The notes beneath the pieces are model-generated. The model saw only the letters and a list, made by a program, of their open reading frames with translations, was not told where the DNA came from and did not search any database. Positions 1 through 13,477 of a stretch of DNA of 64,000 nucleotides are shown here, piece by piece. Positions within the stretch are counted from its first letter, which is position 1. The number at the start of each line of letters is the position of its first letter. The position numbers and the translations under genes were made by a program. The DNA comes from Octopus vulgaris. Lineage: Eukaryota. The stretch lies in NCBI GenBank assembly GCA_951406725.2, contig OX597814.1, forward strand, positions 194,618,001 through 194,682,000. Direction: 5' to 3'.

Positions 1-775
1 TTTGCTTGACTAAAAGCGATGCTCCAGCATGGCCGCAGTCAAATGACTGAAACAAGTTTTAAAGAGTAAAGAGTAATCGTAAGTATACATGTATATATAC
101 ACACAACTGTAGAAGATGTATATATATATATTACTTAAAATATTAGAAATCAGTTACTTGATCAGCAACTTTCGTATAACTTTGCAAAGTACAGAGGTAT
201 CTCAGCACTACTATATTCCGCCTCTGTACTGAGGCAAGTTCCATAATTCTACTAACAGCTGATGTATCCCCTAGGTAGCAGGTTGGGAATATTCTATAGA
301 TGTGTAGGACAGGTGGGCTATAAAATGATGCACCAGTCGAATAAATAACCATGAACCAAAACCAACAAAACTATCAGAATGCAGTTGGTCAATTCTGTCG
401 GGCTGCACCTTAAGAATTCTGTAGAAATTTTTTATGACTCTTTGACAAGAAAGGTGAAAGCTACTTCAGATAATTTTGTCGTCACTGAGGACATGCATTA
501 ATGAGTTTAGATAAAACTGAGACCCAGCTGTCCTCTGCAGTTTTCTGTTGACCTTCTCCTCTTAGGTCTTTGCTTGTTGTACAGAGAATAGAAATAACAG
601 TTGATAGTCAAGAGGTGCAATTTTAGAATGCATAGGGCCCCTATTACCTTTATAAATAACTCATTTCAAAGGCTTTAACTTTTTCCTCTGTTTCACATTC
701 CAGTTTCTATGGTATTGAGTATGCTGTGACCGAATAACCATTGATGTAAACGTTCCTTATATGTACTATGATAAG

Positions 776-1178
776 AGGAGTGGCTGTGTGGTAAGTAGCT
801 TGCTTGCCAACCACATGGTTCCGGGTTCAGTCCCACTGTGTGGTACCTTCGGCAAGTGTCTTCTACTATAGCCTCGGGCCGGCCAAAGCCTCGTGAGTGG
901 ATTTGGTAGACGGAAACTGAAAGAAGCCCATCGTATATATGTATATATATATATGTGCGTATGTATATGTTTGTGTGTATGTGTTTGTTCCCCCAACATT
1001 GCTTGACAACCGATGCTGGTGTGTTTACGTCCCCGTAACTTAGTAGTTCGGCAAAAGAGACTGATAGAATAAGTACTAGGCTTACAAAGAATAAGTCCTG
1101 GGGTCGATTTGCTCGACCAAAGGCAGTGCTCCAGCATGGCCACAGTCACATGACTGAAACAAATAAAAGAGTAAAGGG
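776..1178 (+). mobile_element. tRNA-derived SINE, family A (full copy)
   Basis: A box TGGCtgtgTGG, B box GGTTCAGTCCC, internal (TA/TG)n, AAAGAGT-type tail. Other copies at about 5803-6192, 37041-37457, 39355-39726(-), 47158-47560, 60339-60725, 63446-63825. Confidence 0.85.
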
Positions 1179-1789
1179 TATTATGGTAGCTTCAGTGTGA
1201 TGGTCATTTCAAGGTATACTCTGGGGCACAAATTTCACTTGAGTCAGGCAGCCTTACTTAAGGACAGGATGGAAACTATAAAAGATGCCCTGAAGGAAGT
1301 TTCCCTTATCTTGAACTCTGTCTGGAAATCATACCTGGCAAGTCATCCCTCAGTATACACTTGAGAATCATACTCTAAACAGACAAAAAAAAAATCTTAT
1401 TTTGGTGTCTGGAATGTTTGCATCTCTCTGTATGATTCTATTGCTGAAACAGAAAGACCTTTCCTGAAGAACAGCATATATTACCAAAATGCTCCTGTGC
1501 TATGAAATATCTTTGTGCACACATTCAAAGCTGTCTTCCTGATGAAAAGTCTAACTCAAAGACTGAGAATGGAAACACATTCCTCTAGGAAAGGGTTCCC
1601 ACAAGACTAAAGTCATACACACGTGTTGGTCTGGTTATCAAAAACAAGCTTTCTTTCAAAATTTCCTGTCACTGCATGTTCCAGTGGAGCATGACCAAAG
1701 GTTACTACATGATGACCATTAGTGTGCGTGGACCCATTCTGGATTCCTCAGAAGGCAGAAAAGAACAATTCTATACTGTTCCAGATAGA

Positions 1790-2170
1790 GTTCAAAAAAC
1801 CTTATATCTGATAAGCTGTCCTTTTTGAGTGACTTTCAGGTTTGTGTAGGCATGAATTCAACAATCTGGAACAATGTAATTTCAAATCATAGCATAGATA
1901 ACATGTATTCAAAAAAGTTCCAGCTTCTCTCCTTGTATGTAGAACATCAACTTTTCATCCCCAATACAATCTTCCAACTTCTGGTCAAGCAGAAAACAAC
2001 CTAGAAGCCCCCACAATCAGGAAATTAGCATCTCCTGGACTATATCATTGTCCATCTCTATGATATAGGCACCGTGTTTCTCATTAGAGTTATGAGAGAC
2101 ACACAGTTCTGGACCAACCACAGTCTTGTACAATCCATCTTCTGTGTTCTACCTTATCCACCAGCAAAAC
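1790..2170 (+). mobile_element. Decayed RTE-like LINE endonuclease fragment
   Basis: Broken reading LLSL..EHQL.I.NTIFQL...LLDYIIV...RVMR...WT.H.LV. Confidence 0.6.
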
Positions 2171-2261
2171 AAGCAAGTATCCAAATCTCTTCATGATCTG
2201 GCATCTCTGAAGATGCCACAATCAGGTGGATTGATAGTAAATGAATAAAGTAGATTTACTA

Positions 2262-3650
2262 CCATTTGGGAAGGGGCCATGTTCTATATTCCTTGTGCTG
2301 TACCCAATGTAAACTATGGGTGCACAAGAGATGTATTAGGATCACAGGCAGGAACACAGAGAAGTGCTTTATGTGTAGCAGATGCTTAAGAGTAGCTAGA
2401 AGCATAAATAACATCATCATCATCACCATTAACATCTGTCTTCCATGCTGGCATGGGTTCAACAGTTTGACAGGAGGTGGCAAGCCAGAAAATGTGCCAG
2501 GCTTCAGTGTTTACCTTGGTATGGTTTCTATGGCTGGATGGCCTTCCTAACACCACCCACTTTGCAGAGTGGACAGGGTGCTTTTTACGCAACACTTGTA
2601 CCAGTGAGATCTGTAACCAGAAAGGCTCCTTAGAAGTATTTGACAGCTTCTGTTGCTACCTAGCAATGAAGGGAAGTGTTACTGAATGCAGAATAGCCTG
2701 TTTTGGAATATGTTGGGAAAAAATAACCATTATCTCTGAAGGAAACAAAGGGATTCTTTTTCTGAGTAACAGGTTGGTTGTAGGATGCTTGTGCACAAAG
2801 AGTAATACTGCATGACAACAAAAACATTGACAGAACTGAGACTAGAAAGAAATGAAATGAGATTAGTAAGAAATGAAATGAGCCTACCCCTCTGGATATA
2901 AAATATTCGGATCTTTTCGGTTTGAACGGCAGTTTTTTAAAATAATTTCCACGTAACTAAACACTTTTAAACTTCGTATACTGGTAGAATGTGTTTATAA
3001 TACATCTTTTTTTCTTGGCTTTATTGAGAAAATTCTATATTTTGTAAGATATTTGTTGTTTTTTTTCTTCAATTTCTGCAGTTTCAACCAATCAATGACG
3101 TCTATTGAGGTAAAAAGCATTCTGTGCCATATGAATATGTCCCTCGTTTAAGAAACATATTGGGTTTATTTACATTTGTGAAGAAAGAAAGATACCCTTC
3201 CCCCCATCCCTAACCCTAACCCTAACTAACCCTAACCCTAAAACAGGTTGAAATGCAATAGATCGATACTAGGATCATAATTATGGGTGACAATTTCATA
3301 TGACACCGCTAGAAAAAAACTGCCAGTCAAACCTAAAAAGATCCAAATATTCTTCTGAATGAACAGTGGAGCAGGAATGAACAGAGAAAAAGTAGATGAA
3401 AGAGGAATTGATTGTTGCGTGTAAGAGAGGTGGCACTGGTATTATAGACCTGCCATGTGTATGGAGGCTGAAAGCTGGGTAGAGAAATGCCAAGTGAATT
3501 GAATGGGAGGAACTAAAGGAAGAAAAGGGCCCTTGGAAGATATGAGAAGTGGTGAGGGCTGATCTTTGTATGATGAACTTCATGAAGGAGATGATAAATG
3601 ACTGCAACAAATGTGTGATGCTGTGCAAGAGAATAACACCCAATACATGA
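2262..3650 (+). mobile_element. Decayed RTE-X-like LINE 3' ORF fragment, interrupted by other insertions
   Basis: CTQCKLWVHKRC...F.C.RC zinc finger and SLEVFDSF; similar to 40500-40960. Confidence 0.6.
2909..3344. mobile_element. Merlin-like MITE carrying (CCCTAA)n
   Basis: About 30-bp imperfect TIRs GGATCTTTT...AAAAGATCC; 8-bp TSD aaatattc (2901-2908 and 3345-3352). Confidence 0.8.
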
Positions 3651-4149
3651 ACAAGGTTGGGCTAAAAAGTTCATAGGCTGATTATAAAGGAAGCAATGCT
3701 GGGGCTGTGAAATCCTGCAGGCATTAATTTCAACCCTTCCTTTTAATAACTGCATTGTTTCTTTCCAGGTAAAGTGATACCTGGATGCTCAAAGAAAATT
3801 GCAAAAGCAACAAGTAGCAACTTCTCTTGAAAATGTACAAAATTTGAGATCTTTTCCTTTTGAACGGCAGTTTCCAACACAATTTCTAGTTAACTAAACA
3901 CTTTTAAACTTCGTATACTGGTAGAATGTGTCAAAATAAAACATTTTTTCTCTTGGCTTTCTTGAGAAAATTGTAATTTGTAAGTTTAACATAGTTTAAT
4001 TTTTCAAATTTTAACCAATCCTATGGCCTCTATTGAGCTAAAATCATTTGCTGCGTCTAAAACTGAGACAACATTCTGTCACTAACCCTAACCCTGGTAG
4101 AATGTGTCAAAATAAAACATTTTTTTCTTTCTCTTGACTTTCTTGAGAA

Positions 4150-4475
4150 ATTTGCTATTGTGGTATTAAGTATCTGCAGAAAAAGGGTTTAACCCCCAAG
4201 CACATTCAAGCAACTATGGTTGCTACATAAGGGGATGACACTCCGGCTTTATCAACAAAGAAAAAGTGAACAGCTGAATTTCAGAGGGGAAGGGAGAGTC
4301 TTGAATATGACCCAAGGACTGAACATCCTGCAAAATGCGACCATCAAGGAAAAGCATTGATTATGTTCATCACATGGTGATGGATGATAAGCGATTGACT
4401 AAAAATCAAATAGACTATGCTATAAGCATAACCCGTGAGAGAGTTGGTGAGAGAGTTGAGAATATTCTGTATGGC
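4150..4475 (+). mobile_element. Mariner transposase N-terminal remnant
   Basis: VIKYLQKKGLTPKHI...EFQRGRESLE.DPR...VHHMVMDDKRLT, with stops and frameshifts. Confidence 0.75.
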
Positions 4476-4529
4476 CTATGAGCTTTTCAGCTGTTCCCTA
4501 CCACCCTGTAAGCATGGCAAATGGACAGA

Positions 4530-5290
4530 TGGTGATGATAATGATGCAGATGAGGGTGATGTCGGTGGCAGTAGTAGTGGTGGTGGCAGTGGTAGTGGTG
4601 GTGGCAGTGCTGCTGTTGGGTTTGGTGGTGGGACTGGTAATGATGATGAGGAGGTGGTGGTGGTGATGTTGGTAATGGTGGAAATGGTGATGATAATGAT
4701 ACAGGTGGTTGTGGTGGTATTGGTAGTGGTGGTAGTATTAGGTATTGGTGGTGGCAGCGGCGACGAGGGCGACAGTGGTGGTTGTAGTATTTGCAGTTGT
4801 GGTGGTGGTAATGGTGGCAGTTGTGACGGCAGTGAGGGTGGTGGCAGCAGCGACGAGGGCAGCAGTGGTGGGGGTGGGGGTGGATGTTGTTTGATGCAGG
4901 CCTGCAGCAGCAGTGACAGTGGTGGTGGTGGTGGCGGAAGTGGTAGTGGTGGTGGTGGGTGGTAGTGGTAGTGGTAGTGATGGTGGTGGTGGCGGCGGGT
5001 GGTGGTGGCGGCGGTGGTGATGGTGGCAGTGGTGGTGGTGGTGGTGGCGGGACGGCGGCGGCGGTGGTGGTGGTGGCGGCGGCAGTGGTGGTGGTGGTGG
5101 CGGCGGTGGTAGTGGTAGTGGTGGCGGCGGTGGTGGTGGTGGTGATGGTGGCAGTGGTGGTAGTGGTGGTGGTGGTGGTGGTGGTGGTGGTAGTGGTGGC
5201 GGCGGCAGCAGCGGCAGCAGCAGTGGTGGTGGTGGTGGTGGTGGTGGTGGTTGTGGTGGTGGTGGTGGTGGGTGGTGGTGGTGGTGGTGG
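4530..5290. repeat. Long imperfect (GGT/GGC)n repeat
   Basis: Seen directly; source of the poly-G/V/T ORFs. Confidence 0.95.
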
Positions 5291-6281
5291 CAACAAATTT
5301 CCTGTATAAATTTGGGAAGAGATAAAATTCTGAAAATCCTGTTTCTGAAAGTGATTTTCTAATATCTGAATAGAAACATATGCCTAACTAACGGCTAACT
5401 AATTAATTTTTTTCCCATCTTTGTGTCAGAGTCAGTGAGTTACCATGGAGATTCAGCCAACAGGACCCAGAGTTACAACAAAGGGCTGAGTTAATTATAA
5501 TTCACTGAAAGACTTCATTAACGCTGCAGCTGTTTGGTAATTAGTTACATTGGTAAACATACATATATACATACATACACACATACATACACACACATAT
5601 ACATACATACATACATACATACATACACACATACATACACACACATACATACATACATACATACACATACATACATACACACATACATACATACATGTGT
5701 GTGTGCGTGTGTATGCATATATTAAATAAGAAAATGGATAAATACATAGACATACACATACATGCATACATACACACATGCACACACACACATATTTGTA
5801 TATGTGGCTGTGTGGTAAGTAGCTTGCTAACCAACCACATGGTTCCGGGTTCAGTCCCACTGCGTGGCATCTTGGGCAAGTGTCTTCTGCTATAGCCCCG
5901 AGCCAACCAATGCCTTGTGAGTGGATTTGGTAGACGGAAACTGAAAGAAGCCTGTCGTATATATGTATATGTATGTATGTGTGTGTGTGTTTGTGTGTCT
6001 GTGTTTGTCCCCCTAGCATTGCTTGACAACCGATGCTGGTGTGTTTACGTCCCCGTCACTTAGCGGTTCGGCAAAAGAGGCCGATAGAATAAGTACAGGG
6101 CTTACAAAGAATAAGTCCCGGGGTTGATTTGCTCGACTAAAGGCGGTGCTCCAGCATGGCCGCAGTCAAATGACTGAAACAAGTAAAAGAGTAATACACA
6201 CACATGCACACTCTCACACACACTTGCACACTCTTACACACACATCACACACACATAGTTGTATATGTTTATGTATATATT

Positions 6282-6320
<39 letters not shown>

Positions 6321-6423
6321 ATATATATGTATACACACATACACACTCATACACACACATACACACTCTCTCTCACACACACATATATGCATACTTATAA
6401 ATACAAGATTATTAAAAAATATG

Positions 6424-6455
<32 letters not shown>

Positions 6456-7240
6456 AAATTCACATTTATATACAAAATTATATATATGATACTTACTTTA
6501 TATATAGCAATGCATACAAACATAAACATCCTCATGTTTATAAGCATCTGTGTAGTCCCCTTTCTTTCAGAATTTACCAAATAATAGAATGACCCAATTC
6601 TGAAGACCATGGAATTCCAGGAATCAGTCACACAGTGGTCTATTTTGTCTAAGAAAGCCGGTTACTGTTGTTAATAAAGCTCTTAAGATCTAAGCGATCC
6701 ATAATTTTGTTTGTGACTCTTGGTAGAATCAAAGAATTCTTTGGAAATATTTCTCTATCAAATATAAAAGTCTGTGTAAACTTCAGGTGGGAGGAGGAGG
6801 AGAAGCGTGAACAAAGCTGGAGTGAAAGGAAGAGGGAAAAAATTTCTAAAGTAAGTTTTGTAACCGGAGAAGATTGGAAGAAAAGGGCGCCAAAATTTGG
6901 TTACCTTGTTTTGTTTTTACTAGTTTGTGTTGAAGGGGAAAGGATGAAATTTGTGAAGGAAGAAAGAATTTGGTATACTTGAAAATATATGTACATATGT
7001 TTTTATTTTTTTGCATAAATAGTTAATTAGAAAATTATTTTCATGTTAATTACAAAAGTCATATTAAGAATTTTTACTTGGGGAAAACATCTGTAATTGC
7101 ATGTCAAATTCATTTATATATATATGTGTGTATGTATGTGTATATGTATGTATATGTGTGTGTGTACGTTTGTGTATATGTATGTGTGTATGTGTATGCA
7201 TATATGTATGTGTGTGTATGTGTATGCATATATGTATATA

Positions 7241-7271
<31 letters not shown>

Positions 7272-7998
7272 TTGTGTGTGTATGTATGTATCTGTAGATG
7301 TGTGTGTGTATTCTTTTACTTGTTTCAGTCAAATGACTGAGACCATGTTGGAGCACTACCTTTAGTCAAGCAAATCGACCACAAGTCTTATTCTTTGTAA
7401 GCCTAGTACTTATTCTATCAGTCTCTTTTGTCGAACCGCTAAGTTACGGGGACGTAAACACACCAGCATCGGTTGCCAAGCAATGTTGGGGTGACAAACA
7501 CACACACACACACACACATGCATGCACGCGCACACATGCACACACACACACACACATATATGCTGGTGGCATGTAAAAAGCACCAACCGATCGTGACTGA
7601 TGCCAATACCCCCTGACTGGCTTCCGTGTCAGTAACACATAAAAAGTACATCCAAACGTGATCATTACCAGGCCCGCCTTACTGGTTTCTGTGCCGGTGG
7701 CATGTAAAAAGCACCCACTACACTCTTGGGGTGGTTGGCTTTAGGAAGGGCATCCAGCTGTAGAAACTCTGCCAGACCAGATTGGAGCCTGGTGCAGCCA
7801 CTGGCTCTCCAGACCTCAGTCAAACCATCCAACCCATGCCAGCACGGAAAAACAGACGTTAATCGATGATGATGATGATAATATATACGACATAAGTATG
7901 TCCATGTATGTGTGTGCTAGAGTGTGTGTAGGGCAGTATGTGGTATGTTGATGTATGTAAGTGACAGGATGAAATAAAAGTGTAAGGAGGTACTATGG

Positions 7999-10119
7999 AA
8001 GTTCATATTAACTTACCCTTTGTCTGTCTGCCGGATAACAGATTGTCTGTAATTGTTGCCATAACATTTGACAATTAACTAGCAACATAATATCTGACCC
8101 CGATTTATAAAGGAATGCTGGATGACAGTAGCCCCCATCCCTGCTGTTGGTATTGTCATTATCCGTTGATGTGGTTATTATCATCTTCTTTGTCATGTCT
8201 ACTTGGATGTGGGAGGCTTAGTTGTTTCCTACTGCATTGTGCCAGCTGGTAATATTGATAATTTGCATAACATGAATATAAATTGTGCATTTAATACCAG
8301 TCATTGTATATCTTGCTGAACACTGAAGAAGTGAATAAACAAGATTATATAATGTTTCAACACCAGTTACGGAATCCTGGAGGTAATTTGCTGAAATGTG
8401 TGTATGTTTTATAAAGCATAGAATACTATACCTGTTTCCAGTATTTTATTGATACCACATGCACACACACACACACACACACACATGCATATCAATTTCC
8501 ATCTTATTTTTGATGTAATTATACATCACTGAAAGTCAAATTAACTGCAGTATTCTTTCAGAGATAATATCTTGTATGGACACACAGTGTTAAAAAAGAC
8601 AGAGCTATGCCAGCAGCAGATGAAAATCAACTAGCAGTGGCAGTGAGAACGCTAGATGCACATCTCTGCTGTTTTAGGTTTTATCAGTGTTATTTATGGA
8701 TATAAGAGAATATATTCTCAAAGGAATACTACAGTTAATTTGGCTTTGGCTTTCTGTGAAGCATTTGTATTAAATGTGATACATAGTTTGACATTTTATC
8801 TAATACAGCTTCAGTTGCACATAAAGAATTTTTATTCAACCGGCCAGCTAAGTGCAACAACAGTGATTTTTTTTTTGGTTATTGTTTTCTTATATCAGTG
8901 ATGATATATTTTGTTTTAGCATGCAGTTGTCAGTGGGTACTTGCAACTGATGAAACCTCAAAAATTTAGAAATGAGCATCTGGTATTTTCATCACCACTG
9001 CTGGATAATTTTTGTTTGTTACTGAAGAGATATTCTTTTCTACTCTAGGCACAAGGCTTAAAGTTTTTGGCGAGGGGGTGGCCAGTCGATTAGATTGACC
9101 ACAGAACTGACCCCCGAAGGGATGAAAGGCAAAGTCTACCTTGGCAGAATTTGAACTCAGAACATAAAGACAGACAAAATACCGCTAAGCATTTCGCCCA
9201 GAATGCTAGCATTTCTGCTAGCTCGCCTCCTTACTTCCATAAGAGATATTATAACTAGACTAATACGACCATTAATTTGGCTATCATCATCATCGTTTAA
9301 CATCCGCTTTTCATGCTGGCATGGGTTGGACGGTTTGACTGGGGACTGGCAAGCCAGTTAGGCTGCACCAGGATCTAATCTTTCTGTTATGTATTTGCAT
9401 TAACTCTTACTTTACTGTATTTATTTTGAGATTCTCTGTGTTTCTCTCAATTATTTTTTAAATAACAAAGAATTTAGTAAAATAACTCAGTTATCATTAA
9501 GCTAGTGTTAGGAACATTAATTATGACTAAGGTTTGGTGGAAGATTTTAATTCAAAACTTATGAAAACAAGACATTTGTACTACAGAGCCGGAGTCGGTT
9601 TCAGCCGGGTTGGTTACGAAAGGGTTAAGTATGATACAGATTCATATTTTATTTAATGTTAATACCACAGAGCCTGCATCAGTTGTTGCATCTAGATGGT
9701 TTATCTGCATCCTTATCCCTTTTGCGCAGCAAATATTTTGCAGCCATTTCATGTCCCTGTATTGCAAAAGCTTATCCTTTGAAGTAAGAGCTAATATCCT
9801 CAGATGGTTAATCCAAGGTAGACTACTCTGAATGTCAACATTGCCTTCTGAGAACATCACTTTTTTTTGCTAGTATGTATGCAACTTTTCTTCTGAGCAA
9901 GCCTCCCACATCCAAGTAGACATGACAAAGAAGATGATAATAACTACATCAACGACAATGACAATACCAATAGCAGGGATGGGGGCTACTGTCATCCAGC
10001 ATTCCTTTATAAATCAGGGGTCAGATAGTTTGTTGCTAGTTAATTGTCAAGTTTTATGGCAACAATCACAGACAATCTGTTATCCAGCAGACAGGCAAAG
10101 AGTGAGTTAATATGAACTT
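7999..10119. repeat. About 220-bp inverted duplication (arms 7999-8219 and 9899-10119)
   Basis: Arms are reverse complements; mirrored 62-aa ORFs MTKKMIITTST...ADRQRVS. Confidence 0.9.
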
Positions 10120-10288
10120 TGTCTGTTGTGGATTTGTGCAGCAATTTCCCTCAATGTATATCCCTGGTCATCAGTCAGAGAATACTTACTAAGATGCTTC
10201 TTTCCAACTCCCAAAGTATTATTGGTCTCAAATATACAGATTTTGATCCCTGGCAGAGCTTCAACATTTGGTGGTATATAGATGTTGT

Positions 10289-10525
10289 CAAGGTGGCAAG
10301 CTGGCAGAAATGTTAGCACGCCGGGCGAAATGCTTAGTGGTATTTTGGATGCCGTTACGTTCTGAGTTCAAATTCCGCTGAGGTCGGCTTTGCCTTTCAT
10401 CCTTTCAGGGTTGATAAATTAAGTACCAGTTACGCACTGGGATCGATATAATTGACTTAATCCATTTGTCTGTCCTTGTTTGTCCCCTCTGTGTTTAGCC
10501 CCTTGTGGGTAGTAAAGAAATAGGT
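10289..10525 (+). mobile_element. tRNA-derived SINE, family B (Nin/Deu-like core)
   Basis: GGCGAGCTGGCAGAA-type head, GAGTTCAAATTC B box, CTTTGCCTTTCATCCTTTC core. Many copies: 14241-16050 cluster, 17840-18072, 18689-18920, 24040-24832, 29457-29690, 36126-36510, 52850-53265. Confidence 0.8.
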
Positions 10526-10960
10526 ATATAGATGTTCTCAAATGGACATGATGCAATTTCCAAAGGCTGTTTGGATCAATGTTAAGCCTCTGCTACCTTG
10601 CTTTTGTTTTTAAGTAAATAAAAATGGCTTACATCACTGTTGATGTGGAAATTACTGGTATGAGTTAATCATTTTCGGGTATTCATCATAATTATTGTCA
10701 TCATTTTATATCCAATTGCCATGCTCACATGGGTTGGATGGTTTAACAGGAGCTGGTAATGCTGGGGACTGTACCAGGTTCTATTGCTTGTTTTGCCATG
10801 GTTTCCACAGCTGGATGCTCTTCCTAATGCCAACCATTTCACTGCTACAGAACTAGTCCCGGAACTTTTTAATATCATCTTTTATCATGCAAGACCGTTT
10901 CCCTAATGGAAGTAGGGTTCTGTCTGTTTTCTTACTTACCATAATTTTAGTCTTTGTTAA

Positions 10961-11181
10961 CCTTTTCGTTACCAACCTGGCTGAAACCAGCTCTGGCTCT
11001 GAGTACAAATGTCTTGTTTTCAAAAGTTTTGAACTAAAATCTCCCACCAAAACGTTAGTCACAATTTATGTTCCTAACACTAACTGAATGATAACTAAGT
11101 TATTTTACTAAATTCTTTGTTATATTTAAAGTAATTTAAAGAAACACAGAGCATCTCAAAATAAATACAGTAACGAAAGGG
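10961..11181. mobile_element. piggyBac-like MITE (TTAA TSD)
   Basis: TTAA|CC(C/T)TTTCGTTAC...GTAACGAAAGGG|TTAA; other copies 9404-9624, 19747-19967, 48765-49900 (interrupted). Confidence 0.8.
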
Positions 11182-11264
11182 TTAAGTTAAATTTGAAGCT
11201 CTGTGATTTCAGGTTTTGTGTACACATCTTGAATTTCTTTTTAAAATTCTATTGCAGGTTCAAC

Positions 11265-11876
11265 CATGTATGTTTGTGTGTGGATGTGTGGATGTATGAG
11301 TGTGTGTAGGTATATGAGAGAGAGAGAGGGGGGGAGAGTTTGTGTGTGTATGTGTGTATGTTTGTACGTGTGTGTGTATGTTAGTGTGTATATGTATGAG
11401 TGTGTATGTTTGCATGTGTGTGTAAATGTATGTGAAAGTAAGAGGGAGAGAGAGAAAAAGAGAGTATATGTGTGTGTGTTTGTGTGTGTATGCATGTGTG
11501 TGTGTATGTTAGTGTGTGTATATGTATGAGTGTGTACGTTTGCATGTGTGTGTGTAAATGTATGTGAAAGTAAAAGGGAGAGAGAGAAAAAGAAAGTATG
11601 TATATGTGTGTGTATGTGTTTGTTTGTGTATGCATGGGCGTGTGTATGTATGTGTGTGTGTTTGTGTGTGTATGCATGGGCGTGTGTATGTATGTGTGTG
11701 TGTGTTGTGTGTGTATGCATGGGCGTGTGTATGTATGTGTGTGTGTGTTTGTGTGTGTATGCATGGGCGTGTGTATGTATGTGTGTTTGTGTGTGTGTTT
11801 GTGTGTGTTTGTGTGTGTATGTATGTGTGTTTGTGTGTGTGTTTGTGTGTGTATGCATGGGCGTGTGTATGTGTGT
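11265..11876. repeat. Compound (TG/TATG)n microsatellite/minisatellite
   Basis: Seen directly, with a repeated GTATGCATGGGCGTGTGT unit. Confidence 0.95.
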
Positions 11877-12965
11877 GAAACTCCAGTGCAGATTTAATTA
11901 TGTAGTTGACAATAAACGGACACTTGTATAACAGATTCTGCATACTTTCTCATAAGTATGTAACGAGGACTTTGATGTAGACACAGGTAAATCAGAGCTC
12001 CTTTCCCACCCACCTGCCACAAAAAAAAAAAAAAAATGTCTACTTGAGTGAAGAAGCCAGCTGAAAACAATATTTTCTTTTATTGCATCTTGAATATTTC
12101 AATGAAATTGTGGAAAAAAAAAGCCATAAATTTATGTATTTGGTTAAGTGAACTGCTGTAATGAACAAACAAGGGGAGCTTTATGATGAATCGTGTATTG
12201 TTGTGATAGTTGTCAGACCAATAAATAGGTTATGTTAACTACACATATCATCGTTAGATGTCTTACCTCTTATCCACATGACCAACACTGAAAAAGAAAG
12301 CCTTCAGCATGTACCAAACAAAGAGTTTCTGTTGTTTGCCCTCATTGTTAGAAATGAGCGTAAAATCTCACACAAATCCCACACACACACACACACACAC
12401 ACCACCACCACCACCACTACCACCACCACCAACAACAACAACGACGACGACGACATCATCATCATCATCATCATCACCATCACCATCACCATCATCATCA
12501 TCACCACCACCACCACCATTACCATCATCGTCATCATCATCATTTAATGTCCATTTTCCATGCTGGCATGGGTTGGACAGTTTGACAGGAGCCGCATCAA
12601 GTTCCATTGTCTCTTTTGGCAAGGTTTCTACGACTAGATGCCCTTACTAATGCCAACCACTTTACAGAGTGTACTGGGTACTTTTTATGTGGTGCCAGCA
12701 CTGGTACTATTTTTATGTGGCTCCCAGCATCATTGCCTTTTAGGTGACACTGGCACCAGCGCTTTCAATGTGGTGCCATTACCTGTGCTTTTTATGAGGC
12801 AACATCACCAATGCTTTATATGTGATACCAGCACTGACAGGGTCACCAAGTACTTTGCAAGACAAAATCTCCTCAACTGGGAGTGGAGAGTAGTACTGAG
12901 TGGGTGTGACATTTTGCCAGCTGAGAGATTTAAGGCATAAAGGGGACAATGCTGTTCTGAATATA

Positions 12966-13477
12966 CCGTAAATACTTGAGTATAGTCCGCCCTTGAGTAT
13001 AATACGCAGGGCATTTTTAGGAGGCTGTACCTCTGGAAAACCTAAACCTTGCGTATAATACGCACCCCTTCTCTAACTTGAGTTAAGGAGGTTTATATAC
13101 CATCCTTGGTTTGTAAAAATGTATATGGTAACGTCCTTTATTATTATTGTATATATAACATAATGCAAACGTGTAGCTTTTTTGTGCATTTTGTTTGCAG
13201 AAAATAAAGAAATAACAGTAATAACGTTTAATAAATGTTGCTTGCTGAAAATTATGGTTGATTCTTTTATGACTTCATTACTTTCAGGCTTAGCTTAAGG
13301 TATTTTTGCGCCCAACATCACAAAATGCATCTGAATAAACATTGCCAAACAGCAAATAGAGACTTGAATGTTGGTTAGAAAATAATTTTCATTTTTAACC
13401 TTGTATATAGTACGCACTAGGGATTTTGGCCTTTAAATTTTGGGAAAAAAATGCGGATTATACTCGAGGATTTACGG
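12966..13477. mobile_element. Tc1/mariner-pogo-type MITE
   Basis: TA|CCGTAAAT.CT.GAGTATA...TATACTCGAGGATTTACGG|TA; a partial inverted copy lies at 13762-14078. Confidence 0.8.

Noticed and set aside
776-850. tRNA-like A/B boxes here and at other SINE heads
   Set aside because: They are heads of multi-copy SINEs without a proper cloverleaf, not tRNA genes.
4435-5309. Long Gly/Val/Thr/His-rich ORFs (up to 269 aa)
   Set aside because: Translations of a (GGT)n repeat that is open in several frames on both strands.
6583-7110. Unique-looking block with a 104-aa ORF between microsatellites
   Set aside because: No recognisable motif in the frames I read; probably a decayed repeat.
5495-11943. Many VCVC/HTHT ORFs
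   Set aside because: Dinucleotide and tetranucleotide microsatellite artefacts.
8300-11990. Scattered plus-strand splice-like signals suggesting a second gene
   Set aside because: Candidate exons (e.g. 8301-8382 and 8562 onward) did not join into an open frame or a recognisable protein.
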